A stretch of DNA of 64,000 bases, from positions 640,001-704,000 of the forward strand of contig OZ244252.1 of NCBI GenBank assembly GCA_965217185.1, written 5' to 3'. The position numbers and the translations under genes are program-made. This document shows positions 50,894 through 59,435 of the stretch, piece by piece (position 1 is the first letter of the stretch; each line of letters starts with the position of its first letter). This DNA is from an uncultured Candidatus Entotheonella sp. (GTDB taxonomy: Bacteria > Tectomicrobia > Entotheonellia > Entotheonellales > Entotheonellaceae). Below the pieces are notes generated by a model. The model did not search any database and was not told the DNA's origin. It worked only from the letters and a program-made list of their open reading frames with translations.

Positions 50894-51071
50894 ACGCGCT
50901 TCCCTTCTGCTGTTGCAGGTACTTCCACTCGCTGCGCTTCTTGGTTGGTGTAGTCACCACGGCATCCATGACGTTTTCGAGACTGTCGGGGATTGGCTCA
51001 GGCATGGTCAAGGTAGGTGGCCGTCCCGCCTTACGTCCCTTTGTCCGCCTGTTTGCTTCGGATTTGGGCAT
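50868..51071 (-). CDS. Small basic/Pro-rich protein, 67 aa
   Basis: GGAG RBS; GRPPTLTMPEPIPDSLENV. Confidence 0.6.
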   Translation of the reverse strand: MPKSEANRRTKGRKAGRPPTLTMPEPIPDSLENVMDAVVTTPTKKRSEWKYLQQQKGSAYGASNQTG

Positions 51072-51089
51072 AGGGTTTCTCCAGGTCAA

Positions 51090-51266
51090 TTACGGCAACA
51101 ATTTCGCAATAGCCATCGCCAAGCCAGCAGCCACAGCCATGCCACCAAGAACACCGCCTAATACCCATGCCTTGGTAGCAAGATGTGGAATGACAGCTTC
51201 GATCCTTGCGACTCGTTGCCCTAGTTTGTCGTCTCCCTCTTCGGACAGGAGGCCCGATTGGGTCAT
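51090..51266 (-). CDS. 58-aa protein with C-terminal TM
   Basis: Own translation MTQSGLL...RVARIEAVIPHLATKAWVLGGVLGGMAVAAGLAMAIAKLLP; GAGGAG RBS. Confidence 0.65.
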   Translation of the reverse strand: MTQSGLLSEEGDDKLGQRVARIEAVIPHLATKAWVLGGVLGGMAVAAGLAMAIAKLLP

Positions 51267-51312
51267 GGGTGCTCTCCTCGCCTGCTTGCTTCGGTTGTTG
51301 TGAGTTGAAACA

Positions 51313-51342
51313 AGACAGGGAACCCGTGGGGGTTCCCTGTCT
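51313..51342. terminator. 13-bp hairpin (terminator or element-end structure)
   Basis: AGACAGGGAACCC/GGGTTCCCTGTCT. Confidence 0.5.
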
Positions 51343-51388
51343 AAGTGCGCCTAGCATACAAGCTAGATGATTGTCAAACAAGAGCCGC

Positions 51389-52367
51389 TCAGAACAGGTA
51401 TCGGAAGGAGAGGCCGAGTTGATTGAACCAGGACTCAACGTCCTCGCCGAACATGCCCACGTAGCGCCATTGCAGCGAGACGCGCATGGGGTCGGCCAGG
51501 ATGATGTCGAAACCGGCGGCTATCTGGAAGGCCACGCCGGTCAGGGCGTCGTCGTACACGTCGGCGACGTGCATGGACTGGCCCGCGTCGACGAGGGTGT
51601 ACTTGGCTTCGGTGTGATACGCGGCCTTCGCCTTGTTAGGGCGTAGGTCTCAAATTGACCAGTTAGGCGGCCCGTCCGTGCGCCAATTTTGTAGATAAAC
51701 CAACAATACCCCAGAGGAGTGCTGCCCATCACCCACCGTCCTACGTGACACTTTGTCACCTCGCGCATCAATCATGTCCCCAAGCCGTACCAAACCCCCT
51801 CAGAATCGCTCAATTTCGGACTTACACCCCCTTGTTATGGAACAAGCCGACGCCAGCGCCCGCAAAAGGCGTCACCCGCCACGGGAGATCGAAGTCAAAC
51901 CAGGCATTGGCCATGAGGCGGGTGCTGCGCGTTCTGATGTCCCGCCAGTCGGTGGCGGACTCAAACTCGACGGCCTTGCCCTCGTACTGGCTGAGGCCGA
52001 GCAGTTCTTGCCGCCGCGCTTCAATCAGTTGGTCTCGCTGGTCGGCGTACCCGGCAAGGTCGATGCCGGCGAGGGTGGTATCGTCCAAGTAAGCTCGGTT
52101 CTTGGCTTCCTTGCCCCCCTGGAAGGTGGCCTCAAGTTCAAGCCGCCAGAGTCCGAGGTCGTATCCAGCGGCGATGCCGAGAGCGACGCCGCGGTTGACC
52201 TTGTAGGTGTCTTTGGAGCCTTGGTTGAATCGCACCTGTCCGTTGTGGATGGCGATGACGGGTGAAACGTAAAAGCCCTTGGGCGAATCGTGTTGAGCAG
52301 CGATCGAGTCAGGACGGAGGAGAAACAGCAGGCAAACCAGGACGGCAAAACCGAGGCAACGCCTCAT
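51389..52367 (-). pseudogene. Outer-membrane beta-barrel (opacity/OmpA-TM-like) gene split by a MITE
   Basis: Signal peptide, WRLELE, TPFAGAGVG, terminal RYLF; deleting the insert and one TSD gives a continuous 259-aa frame. Confidence 0.85.
51639..51829. mobile_element. 191-bp MITE
   Basis: TIRs GGGCGTAGGTCTCAAATTGA / GGGTGTAAGTCCGAAATTGA (16/20 match); 8-bp TSD CCTTGTTA at 51631-51638 and 51830-51837. Confidence 0.92.
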
Positions 52368-52442
52368 AGGGACTCCTCTCTTGTCAAGGTGTTCTCCCCG
52401 GCGCCGTGGTTGGCGCCGGGCTGTTGCGAACACCTCCACAGA

Positions 52443-53273
52443 CAGGCTGAGTATGAGTTCAGTCCCCGCCAGAGAGAAGAACCATTAACGCCAGTGCAGC
52501 GGGCATTTCTCTCTCACCGACTCCGTACAATATCGTCTGAGGATCGGCCCTTTCTGATTGATATTGATTGGCTGAATGCAGTTCTCTCAAACGGTGGTCT
52601 GCCCAGTCCCGCTGTTCAGGCGGCGAACATTGTTCGTTTCATTGGCGATGAGGTTTCCCGGTCAGGTGAGAGTGTCCGAAGGCTGCCCGTTGGTTTCCAT
52701 GCGATTATTGGGGCGTTTAACCGCGAGGCAGCCTTTAAGCTGATTAGAGAACTGGAAGAACTAAAAATCCTTACGATTACCCCCACTATAGAGCCTACCG
52801 ACATCAATCTCACTCTTGACGGATGGGAGCGGTACGAAGCAGAAAAGCGAGGCGGTTTTGGCAGAAATTACGGTTTCATCGCCATGCAATTCGGCGACCC
52901 CGCCCTCGACCTTTTTGTGCAAGACATCGTGAAGCCCACGGTGAAAGAGGGCATTGGTTGCGATCTTGTCGACATGCGTGATATTGCACGCGCCGGAGTT
53001 ATCGACAACATCATGCGCACCCAGATCAGGGATGCGGCATTCCTCATTGCCGACCTTACGCACGACAACCCTGGAGCCTATTGGGAGGCGGGTTACGCGG
53101 AGGGTCTGGGAAAGCCTGTCATCTTCATCTGCGAAAAGGAAAAATTCGAGGCCAAAAGGACTCACTTCGACACGAACCATTGCACGACTGTTCCCTGGTC
53201 CAGAGATGACGATGACGGTTTTCGTCAAGCATTGATTGCTGCTCTTCGCAGGTCGCTTGATTTATCTTCATGA
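52443..53273 (+). CDS. Nucleoside 2-deoxyribosyltransferase-like domain protein, apparently 5'-truncated
   Basis: GFIAMQF, FLIADLTHDNPGAYWEAGYAEGLGKPVIFIC, HFD; no good start (in-frame GTG at 52494). Confidence 0.7.
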   Translation, partial: QAEYEFSPRQREEPLTPVQRAFLSHRLRTISSEDRPFLIDIDWLNAVLSNGGLPSPAVQAANIVRFIGDEVSRSGESVRRLPVGFHAIIGAFNREAAFKLIRELEELKILTITPTIEPTDINLTLDGWERYEAEKRGGFGRNYGFIAMQFGDPALDLFVQDIVKPTVKEGIGCDLVDMRDIARAGVIDNIMRTQIRDAAFLIADLTHDNPGAYWEAGYAEGLGKPVIFICEKEKFEAKRTHFDTNHCTTVPWSRDDDDGFRQALIAALRRSLDLSS

Positions 53274-53293
53274 GCACCTACGGCTAACGTGGC

Positions 53294-53328
53294 GGAATGT
53301 CGGATTACGCTTCGCCAATCCGACCTAC
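53294..53328 (-). repeat. GTAG-type REP, copy 3 (inverted)
   Basis: GGAATGTCGGATTACGCTTCGCCAATCCGACCTAC. Confidence 0.8.
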
Positions 53329-53343
53329 AGCAGAGGAGAGGAT

Positions 53344-53511
53344 ATGTCAGTTAGTATTCGTGTCCTTCAAATCTTTGATGAGTTGAGTGAGGCGGGCCTT
53401 GCAGAAGTGGCCGGGATGTACGCCGAGTTCTCCGAAGAAGATCGTATTCTCGCCGAGGAAGGGGTATCCGATTACACGGCTGGTCTGCGTCAGGAGGACA
53501 TCCAACGGTGA
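53344..53511 (+). CDS. Small acidic antitoxin-like protein or remnant, 55 aa
   Basis: GAGGAGAGG RBS; YAEFSEEDRILAEEGVSDY. Confidence 0.45.
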   Translation: MSVSIRVLQIFDELSEAGLAEVAGMYAEFSEEDRILAEEGVSDYTAGLRQEDIQR

Positions 53512-53632
53512 CAGACGTAGCCATGAACAGGTTTGTTAGGGTAGCATGCACTGTTGCAGTGTGTGCGAAGTATATACGGGATGGCGCATTCGAGATCATC
53601 TGTTTGCAACGCGCCTTTGGAGATGATCGGTA

Positions 53633-55303
53633 ATGACCAGAATCGAAGAAAAATTCCTTGGCAAGGTAAATCGCTTTCATACTGCGTTTGCGTTCCGTGG
53701 TCAGGAGGACGCAAGTTGGAAGCTGCATTCGTCCGCCGTTCGCCGGCTTATCAGAGATACGGATCGTATTGCACTGAATACGCCGCGGTTCAGAAGAATT
53801 TATGCGAGTTACCATCGTTACGAGCTCATTGAACCCGCTCGTACAGCCGGTTTTGATATTGAAGAAGGCCGCACGATTCCCGATTTGCAGCTTCTCGCCA
53901 AATTGCAACATTTCGGTGCGGCTACCGGATTGATGGATTTCACCTGGAATCCACTGGTGGCGCTCTGGTTCGCGTGCGCGGCGGGAGAAAAGGATGATGA
54001 AGACGGAAAGGTCTTCGTTATCAACCTGAATGATCCAATGAGATGGCGGCGTGTCCCGAGCGGGGACGAGGCGCAAAGCACCGAAAACATCTTTCTACAA
54101 CATGATGACGACGTGCCCCTCTACTGGGAACCGATGGCTCGGAGCGAGGCTTCAGCAAGGATCATTGGGCAGCGGAGCGTTTTCGTAATCGGGCGTCCGT
54201 TGATTCCCGAGGATGCTGTTGTAGAGGAGATACAAATCGATTCAAGCGACAAGAAGGAGATAAGGAAGGAACTTGCCGACATTTTTGATGTAAGCGAGCG
54301 CTCCTTGTTTCGCGACGTGTATGGATTCTCCAGCGTCAATCGTGCGGTTTCACCTGTACGTCTGATGACCGATCCGGACTATTATCTAATGCGAGGTAAT
54401 AGCTTCTATCAGCAGGGTGATTACAGCGAAGCAATTGAAAGCTATGGCAGGTGTATTGAACTGGCAGGGGACGTCCGTGAGCCGTACTTGCTGCGTGGAA
54501 ATGCGCGATCGGAGATTCAAGATTATGCGGGCGCTCTGGAGGACTACGATTCGGCTCAGAAGTGTACGAGACTCTATCTCAACTGGCCTCCAAATACCCA
54601 GATCGTTCATGATCCCGAGATGCATACAATTCTATTCAATCGAGGCAACGTGAAAGCCGCTTCAGGTGATCACCGTGGCGCAATAGCCGACTATAATCGA
54701 GCGCTTGAACTCGACCTGAACGGGTATCTCGCAGAATCGATTTTCTTTAATCGAGCCAATACCAGAACCGTACTACGGAGGTTTGAAGAAGCGATAGAGG
54801 ACTACGACCAAGCCATTCGGATTGCGGATTCACAGGGCAGAAACGCCGAAAACGCTTATTTCAACAAGGGGAACGTTTTGGTGCTCTGCGGTCGATTCAG
54901 CGAAGCTCTGCAGTGCTACAACAGATCGTCACGAATTTCCAATTCTGGCGCTGGCAACAAAGCCAATGCCGCGCTGCTTCTGGAGCGCATCGGTAATGCC
55001 AGATTTACGTGCCATGTGGACGAGTCGGCGACTCTTGGGGAGTCGTTGGCTCGTGTGTTGGTCACAGTCGTCGATAGTACTGTGAAGCCCGAGCACTTCA
55101 GTCCCTTGTTTCAGGGCAACGTGGGAAATGCCGGAAATTGCGGAGGGAATGGCATCCCTGGAGGGAAAGGGTTCCCAGGGAAGATGGGTTTTTATGTGGA
55201 ATTGTCATGGCCGCCGGATGATCCCACCCTCGAAACGAAAATGGCCAAAGCCGAGGGCATAATGGGACGCTATCATAACACCCTGCAAATTTTGGCCAAG
55301 TGA
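53633..55303 (+). CDS. FRG domain + TPR protein with Doc-antitoxin-like C-terminal tail
   Basis: FRGQ, LQHFGAATGLMDFTWNPLVALWFAC, RIIGQRSVF; TPRs (NRGN..AIADY); tail DPTLETKMAKAEGIMGRYHNTLQILAK. Confidence 0.88.
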   Translation: MTRIEEKFLGKVNRFHTAFAFRGQEDASWKLHSSAVRRLIRDTDRIALNTPRFRRIYASYHRYELIEPARTAGFDIEEGRTIPDLQLLAKLQHFGAATGLMDFTWNPLVALWFACAAGEKDDEDGKVFVINLNDPMRWRRVPSGDEAQSTENIFLQHDDDVPLYWEPMARSEASARIIGQRSVFVIGRPLIPEDAVVEEIQIDSSDKKEIRKELADIFDVSERSLFRDVYGFSSVNRAVSPVRLMTDPDYYLMRGNSFYQQGDYSEAIESYGRCIELAGDVREPYLLRGNARSEIQDYAGALEDYDSAQKCTRLYLNWPPNTQIVHDPEMHTILFNRGNVKAASGDHRGAIADYNRALELDLNGYLAESIFFNRANTRTVLRRFEEAIEDYDQAIRIADSQGRNAENAYFNKGNVLVLCGRFSEALQCYNRSSRISNSGAGNKANAALLLERIGNARFTCHVDESATLGESLARVLVTVVDSTVKPEHFSPLFQGNVGNAGNCGGNGIPGGKGFPGKMGFYVELSWPPDDPTLETKMAKAEGIMGRYHNTLQILAK

Positions 55304-55692
55304 CGCAACCTGCCTGGGTCGAAGCGTCAGACGTGCTGAGGCTGCATGATCGCCTGCTTGCGCTTGACGGTGGCATGGCGGGTCTGCGCGACGGTGCTTT
55401 GCTGGAGTCGGCTCTGGCACGGCCGCAGCAGCTTCACGCCTATGCGGAGGGCTCTGACATCATCGACATGGCGGCCGCCTACACGGCCGGTCTTCTCCAA
55501 AATCATGTCTTTCTCGACGGCAATAAGCGCACAGGGTTTGTGGTCGGTATTCTGTTTCTGGAGTTGAACGGCTATCGCTTTACTGCTACGGAAGACGCTG
55601 CGACCCAGGCTGTTCTCGAACTGGCGGCCGGCACGCTGGACGAAGCGGGATACGCGGCTTTCCTGCGCGCAAACACCGCCGCGGAGTGCTGA
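55300..55692 (+). CDS. doc: Death-on-curing (Doc/Fic) toxin
   Basis: GLRDGALLESALARP, HVFLDGNKRT; GTG overlaps upstream TGA. Confidence 0.9.
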   Translation: MTQPAWVEASDVLRLHDRLLALDGGMAGLRDGALLESALARPQQLHAYAEGSDIIDMAAAYTAGLLQNHVFLDGNKRTGFVVGILFLELNGYRFTATEDAATQAVLELAAGTLDEAGYAAFLRANTAAEC

Positions 55693-55744
55693 GGACCGCT
55701 GAATTGAGGCGACCGGGAAGACTCCAACGGACGGAGAAAGTACT

Positions 55745-56587
55745 ATGAGCCTACGAACCACGCTGCCGTGGGCCGCGTTCATCCTGGCGGGTTACTTGTC
55801 CGCGGCCTGTCACGCCAGGCAGGCCAGCCAGCCGCCGATGGCCGCCATCCCGGCGGGGGAATTTTGGATGGGCAGCACGCCTGAGGAACGGGAATACGGG
55901 TATGGGCTGGATGAGACCTTGCACGGCAGCACCGTGGCGCGTCGGCAGGGCTGGTTTGAGGTCGAAACCCGGCAACGCCTCGGCCTGCCTGCGTATCGCA
56001 TTGACCGCAATTTGGTATCCAATGCCGACTACGCGCGGTTCGTGGCCGATACCGAGCACCGCGCGCCGTTTGTCAGCGAATCGGTCTGGCGTGGTTACCG
56101 GCTCGTCCACGGCTACGCCGCCGTCCTTAAATTCCTGTGGCGAGACGGGCGCCCGCCGGAGGGCCGCGAGCAGCATCCCGTGGTGCTGGTCAGTCACGCC
56201 GATGCCGCTGACTACTGCGCCTGGCGCGGGGTGCGGCTGCCGAGCGAGGCGGAATGGGAAAAGGCGGCCCGCGGCACCGACGGGCGCTACTTTCCGTGGG
56301 GTGATACGTTCGACGCCGAGCGGCTGAACAGCGAGGATGGCGGACCGTTCGACACGGTGCCGGTGGGACAGTACCCGAACGGGCAGAGCCCTTACGGCGT
56401 GCTCGACATGGCCGGGCAGGTGTTCGAGTGGACGGCGACGTTGTTCAGGAAGGAGCCGCCGAGGTACGTGGTGAAGGGCGGCTCGTGGGACGATTTTCCC
56501 GGCGTTACGCGGTCGGCGGCGCGGCACGGCCGACCGCCGGAACTGAAGCACATTTTGATTGGTTTTCGCTGCGCCGAATCGCCTTAA
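55745..56587 (+). CDS. FGE-sulfatase (SUMF1-like) domain exported protein
   Basis: HPVVLVS, RLPSEAEWEKAARG, DMAGQVFEW, IGFRCA. Confidence 0.88.
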   Translation: MSLRTTLPWAAFILAGYLSAACHARQASQPPMAAIPAGEFWMGSTPEEREYGYGLDETLHGSTVARRQGWFEVETRQRLGLPAYRIDRNLVSNADYARFVADTEHRAPFVSESVWRGYRLVHGYAAVLKFLWRDGRPPEGREQHPVVLVSHADAADYCAWRGVRLPSEAEWEKAARGTDGRYFPWGDTFDAERLNSEDGGPFDTVPVGQYPNGQSPYGVLDMAGQVFEWTATLFRKEPPRYVVKGGSWDDFPGVTRSAARHGRPPELKHILIGFRCAESP

Positions 56588-56600
56588 ATCAATTCGGTTT

Positions 56601-56639
56601 CCCCCTCACCCCAGCTCTCTCCTGCCATGGAAGAGGGGG
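56601..56639. repeat. CCCTCTC palindromic element, copy 3 (inverted, degenerate)
   Basis: CCCCCTCACCCCAGCTCTCTCC...AAGAGGGGG between convergent genes. Confidence 0.65.
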
Positions 56640-56658
56640 CAAGCCCATTCCTTGTCTC

Positions 56659-57909
56659 TCAATTCCCAACCATCGGCACCGGAACGTGCTGCTCGAAGAC
56701 GGTGAACGACGACGTTGCCGTCTTCTCCAGTGCCGCTTCCAGATGCGCCTTCCCAAGACTGCCGCGATCCCGCTTCAGAACCGCCTCGAAGAACCGCTGG
56801 TAGAAATGGTCGGGATGCACCACGATCCGCACCCGCAGCGTGGCCGCGGTGTCCGGCAGCGCCATCGCGTAGCCGAAATCCAGCGATGCCTTGGGCGCGA
56901 TGCGCGTGTCGTACTCTTCCCGGGACAGGTTGAGGGCGATTTCGCGCCCAATAATGGCTTCCTGGAAACTGTCGGCGATGACCTCGCCAGCGGTGTCCAG
57001 CAAATCCCCCTGCACGAAAATCTTCGGCGTCACGTAGGTCGGTAGGTAATGCCCGGCGCCGCTGTTCGTCACGGTGATGGTGGCTTGCAGGGTATCGCCC
57101 GGACGGTAGGCGGGCGCCAGCGGCGAGACGCTGACCGTCATCGCCTGCCGCACCATGTCCGGGTCCTGGATGCCGCGCCACAGGTGGCGGCGATCCGGCA
57201 TGTGGCAGCCCTGGCACTGCACCCCATCCTCGGCGTATGGGCTGGCCTGCCACTCGGCAAAGGTGTTTTCGAGCAGCTTGCCGTTGAGGGCGAAGGCACC
57301 CTCGGCGAATTGGTGGCACGGCTTGCAGAACTCGGAGCGCTGAAACGCCGTCGTGGCCGTGAAGCCGCCGTGCGGCTGCACCACGTCGGCGGGCGGCGTC
57401 GGAACCTCCGGCCGGCGCGGCGGCCCGAAGCGTTCGTGCTGCCGCACGTGGCAGCCGGCGCAGATCAGCCCCGCTGCTTGCAACGCCGGGTCGAAAGCCT
57501 CGTTCGGATGGTATTCGGAGCCCTCCTTGACGTGTGGAATTTGCTCGCTGAGCGGCGTGTGGCAGGTGGCGCAGATCGTGTACGTGGCGGGATTCTTGCT
57601 TTCCATGTTGAGGAGTTGCCCGTATATCCCCGGCCCCATGCTGCGGCTGTGCAGGCTGGTTTTCCAATCCTCGAACTGTTGGCGATGGCAGAGCGCGCAT
57701 TCCTTGGGATGCAGCGACGCCTCGATGGGCGAGAAGGCGGCCGGCGGGTCGCCCTGGGGCGGCACGGGCAGGCGCCAGTGGTGTTTCAGAAAGGCGTCCA
57801 CGTCGTCGCTCGACTGTGCTTCGCCGGCGCGTTGCGGCCCCCACAGCAGCGCCGTCGTCAGCGCAAGCACGGTCACTACCAGCCCCATCTTCCAGCGAAC
57901 CAGCCGCAT
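56659..57909 (-). CDS. Pentaheme c-type cytochrome
   Basis: CALCH, CATCH, CAGCH, CKPCH, CQGCH; N-terminal signal/TM; GAGHYLPT. Confidence 0.9.
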   Translation of the reverse strand: MRLVRWKMGLVVTVLALTTALLWGPQRAGEAQSSDDVDAFLKHHWRLPVPPQGDPPAAFSPIEASLHPKECALCHRQQFEDWKTSLHSRSMGPGIYGQLLNMESKNPATYTICATCHTPLSEQIPHVKEGSEYHPNEAFDPALQAAGLICAGCHVRQHERFGPPRRPEVPTPPADVVQPHGGFTATTAFQRSEFCKPCHQFAEGAFALNGKLLENTFAEWQASPYAEDGVQCQGCHMPDRRHLWRGIQDPDMVRQAMTVSVSPLAPAYRPGDTLQATITVTNSGAGHYLPTYVTPKIFVQGDLLDTAGEVIADSFQEAIIGREIALNLSREEYDTRIAPKASLDFGYAMALPDTAATLRVRIVVHPDHFYQRFFEAVLKRDRGSLGKAHLEAALEKTATSSFTVFEQHVPVPMVGN

Positions 57910-57939
57910 TCTGTCGCCTCCCCAGTTCTTGATTGAGCC

Positions 57940-58728
57940 TTACCGGTGTTGAAAGCGTGGTTCCCGTTTGCCGATGAACGCCTCCACGCCCTCGCGCGCG
58001 TCCTCGGTTTGGAACACCTTGGCGAACAGGTCCGCCTCGATCTGCAGACCCTCGGCCAGGGTGGTGCCCAATCCGCGATGCACCGCCTGCTGAATGTAAC
58101 GCAGGGCCACACCCGGCCTCTCCGTTAGGCGTTTGGCCATTTCCTTGGCGGCAGACAGCGCCTCTCCGGCCGGCACCACGTGATTCGCCAGGCCGATCCG
58201 GTGTGCCTCTTCGGCGTTGATCGGGTCACCCGTGAACATGATTTCCTTGGCGATGCCGGCGCCGACCAGACGCGGCAGCCGCTGCGTGCCGCCGGCGCCC
58301 GGCAGCAGGCCCAGCTTGATTTCCGGCTGCCCCATTTGCGCGTTGGCCGCCACGATGCGCATGTCGCAGGCCATGCTCACTTCCATGCCGCCGCCCAGCG
58401 CCAAGCCATTGACGGCCGCCAGCACCGGCTTGCCCAGGTTCTCGACAGCGCCCAAGCTGGCATGCAGCCGCTGGGCCAATTTCTCGGCCCGGCCGGGTTT
58501 CAGGAGGCCCGGAAATTCCTTGATGTCGAAGCCAGCGCAAAAGGCCCGCTCGCCGTCGCCGGTGATAATCGCCACTAACACCTCGGGGTCGTCCGCCAAC
58601 CCGGTGAAGCACGCTGCCAATTCTTCCACCATCTGCGGGTGCAACACGTTCAGCGGCGGGTTGGTGAGCGAAACGATGGCGAGCGGGCCTTCCTTGTCGA
58701 GGCGAATCATTTGCCAATCGGCAGCCAT
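57940..58728 (-). CDS. Enoyl-CoA hydratase/isomerase
   Basis: AFCAGFDI, ALGGGME, GQPEIKLGLLPGAGGTQRL; start MAADWQ. Confidence 0.92.
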   Translation of the reverse strand: MAADWQMIRLDKEGPLAIVSLTNPPLNVLHPQMVEELAACFTGLADDPEVLVAIITGDGERAFCAGFDIKEFPGLLKPGRAEKLAQRLHASLGAVENLGKPVLAAVNGLALGGGMEVSMACDMRIVAANAQMGQPEIKLGLLPGAGGTQRLPRLVGAGIAKEIMFTGDPINAEEAHRIGLANHVVPAGEALSAAKEMAKRLTERPGVALRYIQQAVHRGLGTTLAEGLQIEADLFAKVFQTEDAREGVEAFIGKREPRFQHR

Positions 58729-58751
58729 GTGGGTCTCCTGTCCGGGCAGTA

Positions 58752-59405
58752 TCAGGTGGTTTGATCCCGCAGGTAGCGGGTGAGGTCCTCGATATTCTGT
58801 TCGACCGACGGCATGTTGGGGTTGACGACGATGGCGCGCTTGAACAACTCCAGGGCCTTGACCGGATTGCGCAGCCCCAGGTAGACCAGACCCGAGCCGC
58901 TGAGCGCCCCGAAGTGGATGGGGTTGAGCTCCAGCGTCTTGTCGCAGTCCTCTATGGACTCTTCGTATCGCTCCTGCATGTAATAAACGGTGGCGCGCTT
59001 GTTGTAACCCTCGGCGAAGTCGGGGGCCATGGCGATGACCTCCGAGAAGATGTTCACAGCCTCGTCCAGGGCGCGCCGGTTCATGGCGTCGATGCCCGCC
59101 TGCAAACGGCGGTCCACCTCGGCGTCGCCCGAGCGGTGCCACACCTGCCACAGCGCCTGCGCCGATGTTTCGCGCACCATGCGGTCGGTGTCGTGCATCG
59201 CTTTGGCGAGGGGCTGGGCGGCTCGTTGATCGCCGATACGCGCCAGGGTCAGGACGGCCTGTCGCCGCTCGGTGGTCTTGCCCTTCTCCAGCATGGCGAT
59301 GGCCTCGCTGACCGGCTCGGCGGAGCCGTTGCGCGACAGCAGCACCATGAGCGCCAGCCCGGCCGCCATCATCAACAGATTGGTAGGGGCAGAAACGATC
59401 ATCAT
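58752..59405 (-). CDS. Exported HEAT-repeat + TPR protein
   Basis: PDFAEGYNKRATVYY, LNPIHFGALSG. Confidence 0.82.
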   Translation of the reverse strand: MMIVSAPTNLLMMAAGLALMVLLSRNGSAEPVSEAIAMLEKGKTTERRQAVLTLARIGDQRAAQPLAKAMHDTDRMVRETSAQALWQVWHRSGDAEVDRRLQAGIDAMNRRALDEAVNIFSEVIAMAPDFAEGYNKRATVYYMQERYEESIEDCDKTLELNPIHFGALSGSGLVYLGLRNPVKALELFKRAIVVNPNMPSVEQNIEDLTRYLRDQTT

Positions 59406-59435
59406 CGCATTCTCCTCATGATCCTACGGGTTGAT

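Larger units (their letters stand above)
49432..51377. mobile_element. IS1595-family element with passenger genes (right boundary uncertain)
   Basis: Candidate left end GGGGAATTATATACTTGAC; transposase; four small convergent ORFs; no matching right TIR found. Confidence 0.55.

Noticed and set aside
52383..52399. GTCAAGGTGTTCTCCCC as the right TIR of IS1595
   Set aside because: Only a gapped partial match to the left end, and no target duplication found
52290..52442. N-terminal extension of the 327-aa ORF
   Set aside because: Overlaps the OMP signal peptide and RBS on the opposite strand; likely spurious
57940..59151. 403-aa enoyl-CoA hydratase with long N-terminus
   Set aside because: The extension is an alternate frame of the TPR gene; the real start is ATG 58728 with an AGGAG RBS
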